NCBI GenBank assembly: GCA_965243135.1
Contig: OZ251539.1
Coordinates: 608,001-672,000, forward strand
From: Alphaproteobacteria bacterium
GTDB lineage: Bacteria > Pseudomonadota > Alphaproteobacteria > MPNO01 > UBA830
Length of the DNA stretch: 64,000 nucleotides
Direction: 5' to 3'
Position numbers and translations under genes: made by a program. How positions within the stretch are numbered: position 1 is the stretch's first letter; every line of letters starts with the position of its first letter. This document shows, piece after piece, positions 41,978 to 50,857 of the stretch. Below the pieces are notes generated by a model. The model was given only the letters and a program-made list of their open reading frames with translations, was not told the DNA's origin and made no database searches.

Positions 41978-42011
41978 TGGATATGATAATATCCATAATA
42001 GCGAATTATGG
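41978..42011 (+). promoter_or_regulatory. Overlapping palindromic operators upstream of hipB-like gene
   Basis: TGGATAT-N4-ATATCCA and CCATAAT-N5-ATTATGG in an AT-rich patch; resembles HipB TATCC boxes. Confidence 0.55.
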
Positions 42012-42026
42012 GATTTAAGGGCTATC

Positions 42027-42329
42027 ATGGTATCTTTTGTTTTTCCGTCGGCCGAGGAAATCTCCAGCGGTCTCGCGGCGAAGTTGCGGCAACGGCGTCT
42101 CGACGAGCGCCTTACCCAGGAAGGACTTTCCAGACGTTCGGGCGTCTCTCTGGGAACGCTGAAGAAATTCGAACGCACGGGACGGATCTCGCTGGTCTCT
42201 TTCGTCAGTCTGGTTATCGCGCTGCGGGAAGAAAGAGCGTTCGAGAACTTTCTGCAGGAGCGGAAATTCGAAACTCTCGAACAGGTTCTGGCGACGCCAA
42301 AGAAACCCAAACGGGGGCACATAACGTGA
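42027..42329 (+). CDS. XRE-family HTH antitoxin (HipB-like)
   Basis: LTQEGLSRRSGVSLGTLKKFERTGRISL. Confidence 0.85.
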   Translation: MVSFVFPSAEEISSGLAAKLRQRRLDERLTQEGLSRRSGVSLGTLKKFERTGRISLVSFVSLVIALREERAFENFLQERKFETLEQVLATPKKPKRGHIT

Positions 42330-43548
42330 GGGTCGCGCCGGGAACTCCTCTTCATGTATCGCTGCGTTGGGGACCTCGCGACGAACAACGCGTTGGACGG
42401 CTGGCGTGGCGCGATCGCGTGGCATGGCTACGACGACGCGTTTCTGAGGTCCGGCCTCGAACTGTCGCCCGTGCGTCACAAAGTCGAACCTGGCCTTCAT
42501 ACGCCCTACGACGCAAAAATCTTCGAGGGGTTGCACGGAGTTTTCGATGACAGCCTGCCTGACGGTTGGGGGCGATTGCTGCTTGATCGGCGCGCACGCC
42601 AGATCGGTATCGATCCGGTCGCGCTGTCGCCGCTGGACCGTCTCGCCTGCGTAGGCGAGAGGGGAATGGGCGCGCTGGTTTATGCGCCGGAGATCGATCC
42701 ATGGGACGAAACCGGAGGCGACGTGGATCTCGACCGGCTGGCGGACGGTGCCCGCTGCGTTCTGGAAGGCGCGGTAGAGGACGTGATTTCCGAACTCGGC
42801 CGGGCGGGCGGATCCCCTGGCGGTGCCCGTCCCAAGGCTCTGATCGCCATCGACGAAGAAGGGCGCGCCATCCAGGGAGACGCCCCGGAGGGATACGTTC
42901 CATGGCTGGTGAAGTTCGCGAGTCGCGACGATCCCGAGGACATCGCCCATGTGGAACAAGCGTACGCGCTCATGGCCGAATCGGCGGGCGGCCTCCCATT
43001 GCTGCCGGGCGATGGAGGACAGCTTTACTTCTCGGCCCGCCGTTTCGACCGCGATGGCCCGAGACGACGCCATGTACATTCGGCAAGCGGCCTGCTTTAT
43101 GCCGATTTCCGCCTTCCTTCGCTCGACTACAGTCAGCTGATCGCGCTCGTGCAGGCGGTCACGCGGAATTCTCAAGATCGTCATGCGGCGTTCACGCTGG
43201 CCGTTTTCAACGTCCTCGCTCACAACCGCGACGATCATGCCCGGCAATTCGGCTTTCTCATGGAGCGCGACGGAACGTGGCGTCTCGCGCCGGCCTACGA
43301 TCTGACTTTCGCGCCTGGTCCGGGCGGCGAGCACGCGACTTCCGTTCTCGGCCGCGGAAAGGATATCGGTCGCGCCCATCTGCGGGACTTGGGCATGACG
43401 GCAGGTCTCGCGAAATTGCGACGCGGCGATCGAGCGGGCGGAGCAGGCCGTCGCCGGCTGGGGCGAATTCGCGCGACGCTGCGACGTAGGACGTTCGTCC
43501 CGGGAGCGAATTGCGCAGGCGCTCGCATCCGTCCGTCTCGCCGGTTAG
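42326..43548 (+). pseudogene. hipA: HipA-family kinase toxin, frameshifted near both ends
   Basis: DSLPDGWG, SPGGARPK, WLVKF, NRDDH, LAPAYDL; frameshifts near 42428 and 43415. Confidence 0.85.
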
Positions 43549-44522
43549 CGCGCGATCAGCCAGTGCACCGAAAACAGGCCCCCGGAATCGATCCAGACCC
43601 TGCCGTGGTTCCATCCCGCCGAGTCGGCCAGGGACGCGAATTCCCCGACCGTGTACTTGTGCGAGTATTCGGTGAGGATCGATTCGCCGACCGTAAATCC
43701 GTATTCGGCGCCGGCGAGCGAAACCTGTTGCGTCCGGCGGCTGACGAGATGCATTTCGATGCGCCCGGCCGCATCGTTCCAGCGCGCGTCGTGAGCGAAG
43801 CCGTCGATGTCGAAATCCGCGTCGAGCTCGCGGTTGATTCGGACGAGAAGATTGAGGTTGAACGCCGCCGTGACGCCGCGCGCATCGTTGTAGGCGGCGT
43901 GCAGGGTCGCCGAATCCTTGCGCAGATCCGCGCCGATGATCAATCCGGCTCCGGCGCCGAGGTCGGTCGCGACGGCGGCGAGAAAGCTCTTCGCCTCTTC
44001 GACCGTGAAGTTGCCGATGGTCGATCCGGGAAAAAAGCCGAGACGATAGCCGCCGCCCGCGGTCGGCAGTTCGAACGGTCGGGTGTAGTCGGCGCAGACC
44101 GGCACGACCCGGACATGCGGATAATCGGCCGCCAAAACCCGGGCGGCGGCGACCAGTTGTCCGCAACTGATGTCGACCGGAATGAAGGCCGAGGGCGCGC
44201 GCAGCGCGTCGAGCAGCAATCGGACCTTTTTCGATGCGCCTGCGCCGAATTCGACCAGCGTCGCTCCGGCGCCCGCCGGTTCCGTCATCTCGGCCGCATG
44301 CCGTTCCAGCAGCGCGACTTCGGTGCGCGTCGGATAATACTCCGGAAGTTCGGTGATCTCCTCGAACAGGCGGGAGCCCGCGTCGTCGTAGAAATACTTC
44401 GACGGCAGGGTCTTTTGCGGCATCGACAACCCGGCCTGCACGTCGGCGAGAAAATTCTCTTCTTCGTGCGGATATTCGACGAAACCGGCGAGAGGCGCCG
44501 GGGGAAGGTCGTCGGGAGGCAC
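43545..44522 (-). CDS. egtD: L-histidine N-alpha-methyltransferase
   Basis: KTLPSKYFYD..GS.LFE.IT.LPEYYPTRTE, FPGSTIGN, AYND..GVTAAFN.N, TEYSHKY. Confidence 0.93.
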   Translation of the reverse strand: MPPDDLPPAPLAGFVEYPHEEENFLADVQAGLSMPQKTLPSKYFYDDAGSRLFEEITELPEYYPTRTEVALLERHAAEMTEPAGAGATLVEFGAGASKKVRLLLDALRAPSAFIPVDISCGQLVAAARVLAADYPHVRVVPVCADYTRPFELPTAGGGYRLGFFPGSTIGNFTVEEAKSFLAAVATDLGAGAGLIIGADLRKDSATLHAAYNDARGVTAAFNLNLLVRINRELDADFDIDGFAHDARWNDAAGRIEMHLVSRRTQQVSLAGAEYGFTVGESILTEYSHKYTVGEFASLADSAGWNHGRVWIDSGGLFSVHWLIAR

Positions 44523-44530
44523 GGGAAAGG

Positions 44531-45844
44531 TTATCGGGCGTCGCTCGCGATGCGCAGGCCGGCGAACGTCCAGCGCATGTGAGGATAGAAGAAGTTGCGG
44601 TAGGTCGGACGGACGTGGCCCTCGGGCGTCGCCAGGCAGCCGCCGCGAAGGACCATCTGGTTCACCATGAACTTGCCGTTGTATTCGCCGACCGCTCCGG
44701 CCGCCGGCCGAAACCCGGGATAGGGGCAATAGGGCGACGCGGTCCATTCCCAGACGTCGCCGAACATCTGACGCGGCCGTTCGGCATCGGCCAGGGCGGG
44801 GCGGGGTCGCAGAAATCCGGTTCCCGACAGGTTGCCCTCGATCGGTTGTTCCGCCGCGAAAACCTCCCATTCCGCCTCGGTCGGAAGGCGGTGTCCGGAC
44901 CAGCGCGCGAACGCGTCGGCCTCGTAATAGCTGACATGGCAGACCGGGGCCTGGTCGTTGACCTCGATCAATCCTTCGAGCGTCATCTGATGCCAGACGC
45001 CGTCGACCTGTCGCCAGTATCCGGGCGCGCGCCACCCGGCGTCTCGGGCGTGACCGATCCCGTCCATCATCCAGAATTCCGGCCGAGCGTAGCCGTCGTC
45101 GGCCATGAATTCCTTCCATTCGGCGTTCGTCACCAGGCGGGAGGCCAGCCGAAAGGGCTCCAGATGGACCGCGTGGCGAGGCCCTTCGTTGTCGAACGCG
45201 AACCCGCCGCCGCGATGCCCGATCGCCGCGTTGCCTCCGGGGTGCTCGAACCATGTCAATTCGGGGGCCGACAGAGCCGGCGCAGGGCGATAGGGCCTGT
45301 ACGCCGGGTGCAGCGCGTTTTTGGAGAAGGCGTGCAGGATATCCATCAGAAGCAGCTCCTGATGCTGCTGCTCGTGATGCAGGCCGAGCACGGTCAGGGG
45401 CGCGATCCGTCGCCATGTCGCGTCGTCGGCCTTGCGGGCGAGGGCCGCGAACGCGCCGTCGACATGTTCGCGATAGGCCGTCACCCTGGAGTTTTCGGGC
45501 CGGGTCAGAAGGCCCCGCTCGGGCCGGAACTGGCGTTCGCCGACCGCCTCGTAGTACGAGTTGAAGAGATAGCCGAAGGCCGGGTCGAAGAGATCGTAAC
45601 CGGGCAGGCACGGCGCAACCACGAAGGTCTCGAAGAACCAGGTCGCATGGGCGCGATGCCACTTGGTCGGACTGGCGTCCGGCATCGACTGGACGACCTG
45701 ATCCTCTTCCGACAACGGGCTCGCCAGCCGTTCGGTCTCGGCGCGAACTCCGAGAAAATGGCTGACGAGCAGGTCGCGGTCGTCCGAGTAGCGCGCGAGC
45801 GATACCGGCTTGAGCGCCGTCGGTCGAGATCTGCGAGAATTCAA
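44531..45844 (-). CDS. egtB: Ergothioneine biosynthesis sulfoxide synthase (start uncertain)
   Basis: QSMPDASPTKWH.AH, LFNSYY, HHEQQHQEL, EYNGKFM, RPTYRNFF. Confidence 0.95.
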   Translation of the reverse strand: MNSRRSRPTALKPVSLARYSDDRDLLVSHFLGVRAETERLASPLSEEDQVVQSMPDASPTKWHRAHATWFFETFVVAPCLPGYDLFDPAFGYLFNSYYEAVGERQFRPERGLLTRPENSRVTAYREHVDGAFAALARKADDATWRRIAPLTVLGLHHEQQHQELLLMDILHAFSKNALHPAYRPYRPAPALSAPELTWFEHPGGNAAIGHRGGGFAFDNEGPRHAVHLEPFRLASRLVTNAEWKEFMADDGYARPEFWMMDGIGHARDAGWRAPGYWRQVDGVWHQMTLEGLIEVNDQAPVCHVSYYEADAFARWSGHRLPTEAEWEVFAAEQPIEGNLSGTGFLRPRPALADAERPRQMFGDVWEWTASPYCPYPGFRPAAGAVGEYNGKFMVNQMVLRGGCLATPEGHVRPTYRNFFYPHMRWTFAGLRIASDAR

Positions 45845-46335
45845 GGGCGGTTCGTCCTTTCCCAAGCTCTTGGTCCCGACATGGCGCACGCGTTCGTTGC
45901 CTGGTCGGACGACGACGCGCATCCCGCTTTTCCGTTCCGTGCCGGGCGCTCGTTGCCGACCGGTTCGTTGCGGCTACAACGGCAGTGTAGCCCCGCATGG
46001 CTGTCGCTACAAACCGGAAGCGGCCAGACGCCGCAAGGCGAGACCGTGAACGGAGCGACTGGGCGGGCGGTGCCAGGCGGCAGCGCAACGGTGCGGCAAC
46101 TGCGGATGGAGGCATCGGTCGTACGCCCCTTCAAGTTCGAAGGTGCCGCTCCGCCCCAACTCCAGCGGCTATTCCCGGCCGGCACGGTTCTTCATCCACC
46201 GCAACGCCTTCTGGCGTATTCCGTCGAACGCCTCGTCGACGTCGCTGGCGGAGATCTCCATCGTCGTCTGGCTGACGGGATCGAACCGCGATCCTTGTAA
46301 TTTCGGAAGCATTTGGCGCCGAATTGGGTAGCGAG

Positions 46336-46530
46336 CAGCAATTACCGCTAAGGCTCTAATCCTTGGAAAATATGGGGTTTCAGAAAAATTTTTCGTAGAT
46401 TTTTCTGGGTATTTCGGTGCAATTTGCCTTCGAATGAGGGATTTTCTTATGTCGTGGCGGCTTGTCCATTGGTAATTTCGCCTTCTCGGCGTACCTTTTG
46501 GACATGCGCCCGCCTTAGCGGGAATTGCTG
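46336..46530 (+). mobile_element. 195-bp MITE derived from the ISMae2-like element
   Basis: IRs CAGCAATTACCGCTAA / TTAGCGGGAATTGCTG; flanks GGTAGCGAG / GGCAGCGAG (8/9 TSD); internal similarity to 27234-27330. Confidence 0.85.
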
Positions 46531-46744
46531 GGCAGCGAGAGGCCGTCTGGCTGTCGGATCGTCGCTGGTCTTCTTTGCGTATACGCTGCCGGACTCTGCA
46601 TCCGGTGGTCACCACGCCGGGCGTCCATGCATCGTTCGGTCAAGCTGCGGGTGGGTAAGAGGAGTTTCGACCGGGCGCCTCTCGCCTGCGAACGCTGGTT
46701 CAACGGAAGCCTTCAGGCGTTAAGGGGCGGCGGCGCGACCGATA

Positions 46745-47052
46745 TCGAGACCGTATTCGGCTCAGGCAGCTTTTCCATGATCGACGAATATTGCCGCGAG
46801 GCATTCGGCCATGGGCGTGTCGCCCGTCCGCCGTTGCGGTTGAAGCGGCTTCTCGATGGGAAGAGCAGCCGCGCCTGTATGGACGCCTCCGTTGATGCAA
46901 GAGTTTGTCGAGACCGTATTCGGCTCAGGCAGCTTTTCCATGATCGACGAATATTGCCGCGAGGCATTCGGCCATGGGCGTGTCGCCGTCCGCCGTTGCG
47001 GTTGAAGCGGCTTCTCGATGGGAAGAGCAGCCGCGCCTGTATGGACGCCTCC
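46745..47052 (+). repeat. Near-perfect ~145-bp direct duplication separated by 17 bp
   Basis: 46745-46890 vs 46908-47052, differing by about one indel. Confidence 0.9.
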
Positions 47053-47055
47053 CGC

Positions 47056-47262
47056 GCAACTAAATCGAACCGTTCCGCGAATCGAAAATTTTTTCGTGGC
47101 GGCGCTCGCCGTTCGAGAATTCGGGAGCGTGACGCTGAGGGCAACCCGTCTGTCTTCGCGCCGCGCCGCCCGAACACGGAACGGTTACGTCGGCGCACGG
47201 CCGGGAGAACCATCCCCGAAGTTACATGCTACGGGTGAGTAGACGCCGATCAAGAGAGTTTG
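47056..47262 (+). mobile_element. TTTG element, copy B (5' eroded)
   Basis: AACCGTTCCGCGAATCG...GGAACGGTTA...AGTTACATGCTAC...GAGAGTTTG. Confidence 0.75.
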
Positions 47263-47302
47263 ATACATTACCTGCCGTTATCGTGGCGATGGAGACCGAA
47301 AG

Positions 47303-48298
47303 ATGAGACAGCGTCCTTTGACCGGTTGGTTGGCCGGCACACTTCTTTGCTGTGTAACTACCCCGAGCCGCAGGCCATAACAACCCGTTCCGCGAATCGA
47401 AGATTTTTCGCGGCGGTGCTTGCCGTTCGAGCATTCGGGAGCGTGACGCTGAGGGCTGCCCCGTATAGCCCTGTCTTCACGCCGCGACGCCCGAACGCGG
47501 AACGGTTATGTCGGTGCATGATAGCGGCGCGACGCCGGCAAAACCACCAGTTACATGCTACGGGGTGAGCAGGCGCCGATCATGAGCGTTTGTCTAGGGG
47601 CGAGCTCGGGCGTACTTGCAGCAGACTTCGACTATACATGGATCGAAGTCCAAGTGGATGGATCGAAGACGAAAAACACGAGCACGGGCGCCGTCGAAGA
47701 TGCCGACGGCACGTCTTTCGGGCTCAGGGGCTCCTTGGCGATTTCCGACTCATGGTATCTCACGGGAGGTTACCTGAAGGAAAGAAAGGGCTTCGGCAAC
47801 GACGTGGCCGGCACGAAACTCGATCTCGACACCGATCAGACGTTCCTCGATTTCGGAGCCGGATATCACTGGAAGCTGGCTGACCGAACCGACCTGTACG
47901 CCGAGGCGTCCGTTCTGGATTCCAAGGTTCGGCACGACCTGCCGGTAGTATCGGTGCGGCCGTCGCCCCGGGGAGGGCCGCCGGTTCCGGTGGTTTCGAA
48001 GAGAGTGGGGACGTTGGACGGAAGAGGCCCTGCCCTCGCCTTAGGAGTGCGTCATTGGGCCGACGATGAATTGGAACTGGAGGCTCGGATAGGGGCCGTT
48101 CGTTTCGTCCATAAAAACAGCCGCACCGTCCGTGAGACGCAAAAGGGAATTTCCGCCGCGGCAAGGTATCATCTCTCGGGCGCACTGGCGGTCGGCAGCT
48201 TTCTTTCCTTCTTCCGCAGCAACGATCCCAATTTCGACAACATCTGGAAATTCGGCCTCTCGCTCCGCTTCCATCCGTCTCGATTACAGGGATCCTGA
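47303..48298 (+). pseudogene. Outer-membrane beta-barrel protein (Ax21/Omp-like) with signal peptide interrupted by a TTTG element
   Basis: Removing 47350-47592 gives MRQRPLTGWLAGTLLCLGASSGVLA-ADFDYTW; amphipathic strands; FGLSLRF near the C-terminus. Confidence 0.8.
47350..47592 (+). mobile_element. TTTG element, copy C (complete, 243 bp)
   Basis: TTTG at 47346-47349 and 47589-47592; removal restores the host ORF. Confidence 0.85.
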
Positions 48299-48445
48299 GC
48301 CTTCCCGAGCACCCGGTTTCCGGGAATGCGCCCGGTGGCCGCTGCGCCCGGACTCCGTTCCTGCGTCAAACGGCCGCGCCAGGCAACAACCTGACGAAAG
48401 AGCCATCCCGGTCGTGCCGACGCCGGGCTGAGCAGGGAGACGCAT

Positions 48446-48620
48446 GCCGCTCGCCGACATAACCGTTCCGCGGGCGGGCGTCGCGTCGCGAAGACAGGGC
48501 TGGGCGGCCCTCGGCGTCACGCTCCCGAACTCTCGGACGACGAGCGCCGCCGTGAAAAAAATCCTCGATTCGCGGAACGGTTTCGCGCGGCCGGCGGCTC
48601 GGGGTTAGTTGCACAACGAA
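48446..48620 (-). mobile_element. TTTG element, copy D (3' truncated)
   Basis: GCCGACATAACCGTTCCGCG...CGCGGAACGGTT...CTCGGGGTTAGTTGCACA. Confidence 0.75.
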
Positions 48621-48632
48621 GGAGGCGGGAAC

Positions 48633-49715
48633 ATGCTTGGAAATCTCTCGAACGGCAGCGGGACGCGGCGCTTTTTTTGGACGGCGGCAGCGTTGGCCGC
48701 GTTCGTCGCGATCCTGCCGCGATCAGCGAATGCGCAAACGGAGAGCGGCGGCGACCCGTGCCTCGCCGAGGGGAAGCTGCCTTACGACTATACCGGGTCC
48801 GGCGAGCGCGACGTTCTTTACGCGGCAGGCGGCTATCGCGACGGGAACGCCGGGATCTGCGCCCACGACCTTGCGATCGCCGACGAGCGGGAGAAGAAGC
48901 TGAAGCTTGCCCGCGAGGCGGGCCGGCGGGCGCGGACGGAAGGAACCCTCGGGTTCGTCCTGGCGGCGGCGCCTGAGGGACGGCGAGGGCCGGAAGCGGG
49001 TTCGGCGTTCCGGGACTGTCCGCAATGTCCCGAGATGGTCGTTGTACCTGCGGGGAGTTTCATGATGGGTTCTCCCCCGTCGGAGAAATACAGGAGCAGC
49101 GACGAGGGTCCGCGGCGCCGGGTGACGTTCGGGCATGCGTTCGCGGCGGGGAAGTACGAAGTTACGTTCGCGGAGTGGGACGCTTGCGCGTCGGACGGGG
49201 GATGCGGCGGTCGCCGTCCGGGGGACCAGGACTGGGGCCGCGGCAAGCGGCCCGTGATTTTTGTAAGTTGGGAAGACGCGAAGTCGTATGCGCGTTGGCT
49301 GTCGAGAAAGACGGGGAAGGCGTACCGTTTGCTGTCCGAAGCGGAATGGGAGTACGCGGCGCGCGCGGGGACGACAGGTCCGTATCACACGGGAGGGACG
49401 ATTGCGACGGATCAGGCGAACTACGACATCGGCCAAACGGTGCCTGTCGGGAGTTTCGGGGGGAGCGATTTCGGGTTGCACGACATGCACGGGAACGTGT
49501 GGGAGTGGGTCGAGGATTGCTGGAACGGGAGTTACGCGGGCGCTCCGTCGGACGGGAGCGCGTGGGAGAGCGGGAATTGCGGTCGCCGGATCCTGCGCGG
49601 CGGATCCTGGGGCGGCGATCCGGGGTACCTCCGCTCCGCAAACCGCTACGGGATCGTCACCGGGTACCGGAGCAACGTTGCCGGCTTCCGCGTCGCCCGG
49701 ACGCTCGCCCCTTGA
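48633..49715 (+). CDS. Secreted FGE-sulfatase (CLec-fold) protein, probable DGR target
   Basis: Signal peptide (ANA-Q); CPEMVVVPAGSFMMGS, RLLSEAEWEYAAR, DMHGNVWEW, RGGSW...GFRVARTL. Confidence 0.9.
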   Translation: MLGNLSNGSGTRRFFWTAAALAAFVAILPRSANAQTESGGDPCLAEGKLPYDYTGSGERDVLYAAGGYRDGNAGICAHDLAIADEREKKLKLAREAGRRARTEGTLGFVLAAAPEGRRGPEAGSAFRDCPQCPEMVVVPAGSFMMGSPPSEKYRSSDEGPRRRVTFGHAFAAGKYEVTFAEWDACASDGGCGGRRPGDQDWGRGKRPVIFVSWEDAKSYARWLSRKTGKAYRLLSEAEWEYAARAGTTGPYHTGGTIATDQANYDIGQTVPVGSFGGSDFGLHDMHGNVWEWVEDCWNGSYAGAPSDGSAWESGNCGRRILRGGSWGGDPGYLRSANRYGIVTGYRSNVAGFRVARTLAP

Positions 49716-49739
49716 ATCCTTGCCTCCGGCAGGGTCCAG

Positions 49740-49752
49740 GGGGCGAAGCCCC
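49740..49752 (+). other. GC stem with GAA triloop (DGR-type target-recognition hairpin candidate)
   Basis: GGGGC-GAA-GCCCC about 25 bp after the stop codon. Confidence 0.55.
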
Positions 49753-49939
49753 GTTAACTTGTTTGGCGAACTGGGTTGGGTATCGCCGAATCCCCCGCGC
49801 CGTCAGCCAAACTGATTTTCGAAGGGTTCGGGCGTTGCGACTTCGTTCGGCAAATTTGGCGGCGTCGCCGCGGGCATCGCGCCGGGAGCGCCGTTCTTCC
49901 GCGCCCCGGGGCATTGCATACCTTCGATTCCCGGTCGGC

Positions 49940-50105
49940 GAAGAAAGTCTTTCCGTGCCCGAGGACATGGGAGTTCGTCTCCAACTTCGCGCATAGCCGC
50001 AACGGTCTCGACCCGGCGGCCGAGCGCGCCCTGTTCCGGGGCGCCGTCGGCGAGAACGCGGCGGTCGAGTTCTGCGCCTTCCTCAAGGCTTGGCGCGAAC
50101 CGCCC
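49940..50105 (+). pseudogene. MoxR-like AAA ATPase fragment
   Basis: FPCPRTWEFVS...GAVGENAAVEFCAFL. Confidence 0.6.
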
Positions 50106-50137
50106 CGCACCGTCGACCCCGGCCATGGACATCGGCT

Positions 50138-50857
50138 CTACCCGTTGCCGCCGACTCGAATGGCAGCGAGAAACTCCGCTTCGAAGCGCGCCGCCTCCGT
50201 CAACCTTGCGGAGACTCTCGGCCACGCTGCCGTTATCTCGCTGTTCCTGCGTCGATAGTCGTTCTGGCGTTTTTTGAACCGTCGGCCTTTGGGCAAGGCC
50301 GCGAGCTGATTTTCCGGGTTGGGGCGGCACTCCCAATCGTTCCGCCGAACCACGTCGTTTTCCGGCCATAATGCGGCAAGCACCCAAGCTTCGATGCTCT
50401 TCGAAGGCGTGCACAAGACAATCCGCGGTGGACATGCAGGTTCGCCAAGCCAGTTGAGAACCACCGCTCGCAAGGCGTTGGCGGTTCGAGCCGGCGGCGG
50501 GCAGGGTCGTTCGCAAGGCAAGTCATCGCGCGGCGCATCTCAAATGCTGCCGCTGGCGTACGTCTTGCCCGCCACGTCCGCGTCTACGTGCACGATCAAC
50601 GCGTCATGGCACGACAGCGCCGAAGAACCGGACACCGAGCCGCCGCCCTCGCGAGCCGATTGGCGGCTCCAACGATAGACTCCGACCCATCCCTTGCCCG
50701 TTTCGGTGCGCCGCGCAGAGCGGAAAGCGACGGATCCCTCCGGCTGCAACGTCTGATACACGAAATCCGCATCGCTCGGCAGCAGAGCTCCCAGGATCGC
50801 TTGAAACACGTCGGTCGGTCCTTCGACGGCGGCCGCGATACGCAGCGGCTCAGACAT
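50138..50857 (-). pseudogene. TOPRIM-like partner of the ABC ATPase, frameshifted near 50530
   Basis: IAAAVEGPTD, HVDADV, PSKSIEAW split over two frames. Confidence 0.7.

Noticed and set aside
42354-44582. 742-aa HipA fusion protein
   Set aside because: A frameshift makes hipA read into the antisense strand of egtD
46745-47592. CRISPR array
   Set aside because: Repeats are 145-240 bp with no short repeat/unique spacer periodicity and no cas genes
47350-47592. Group I intron or integron attC site
   Set aside because: No recognisable P7 core motifs; longer than attC sites with poor RYYYAAC/GTTRRRY match; no integrase; also inserted in non-coding DNA
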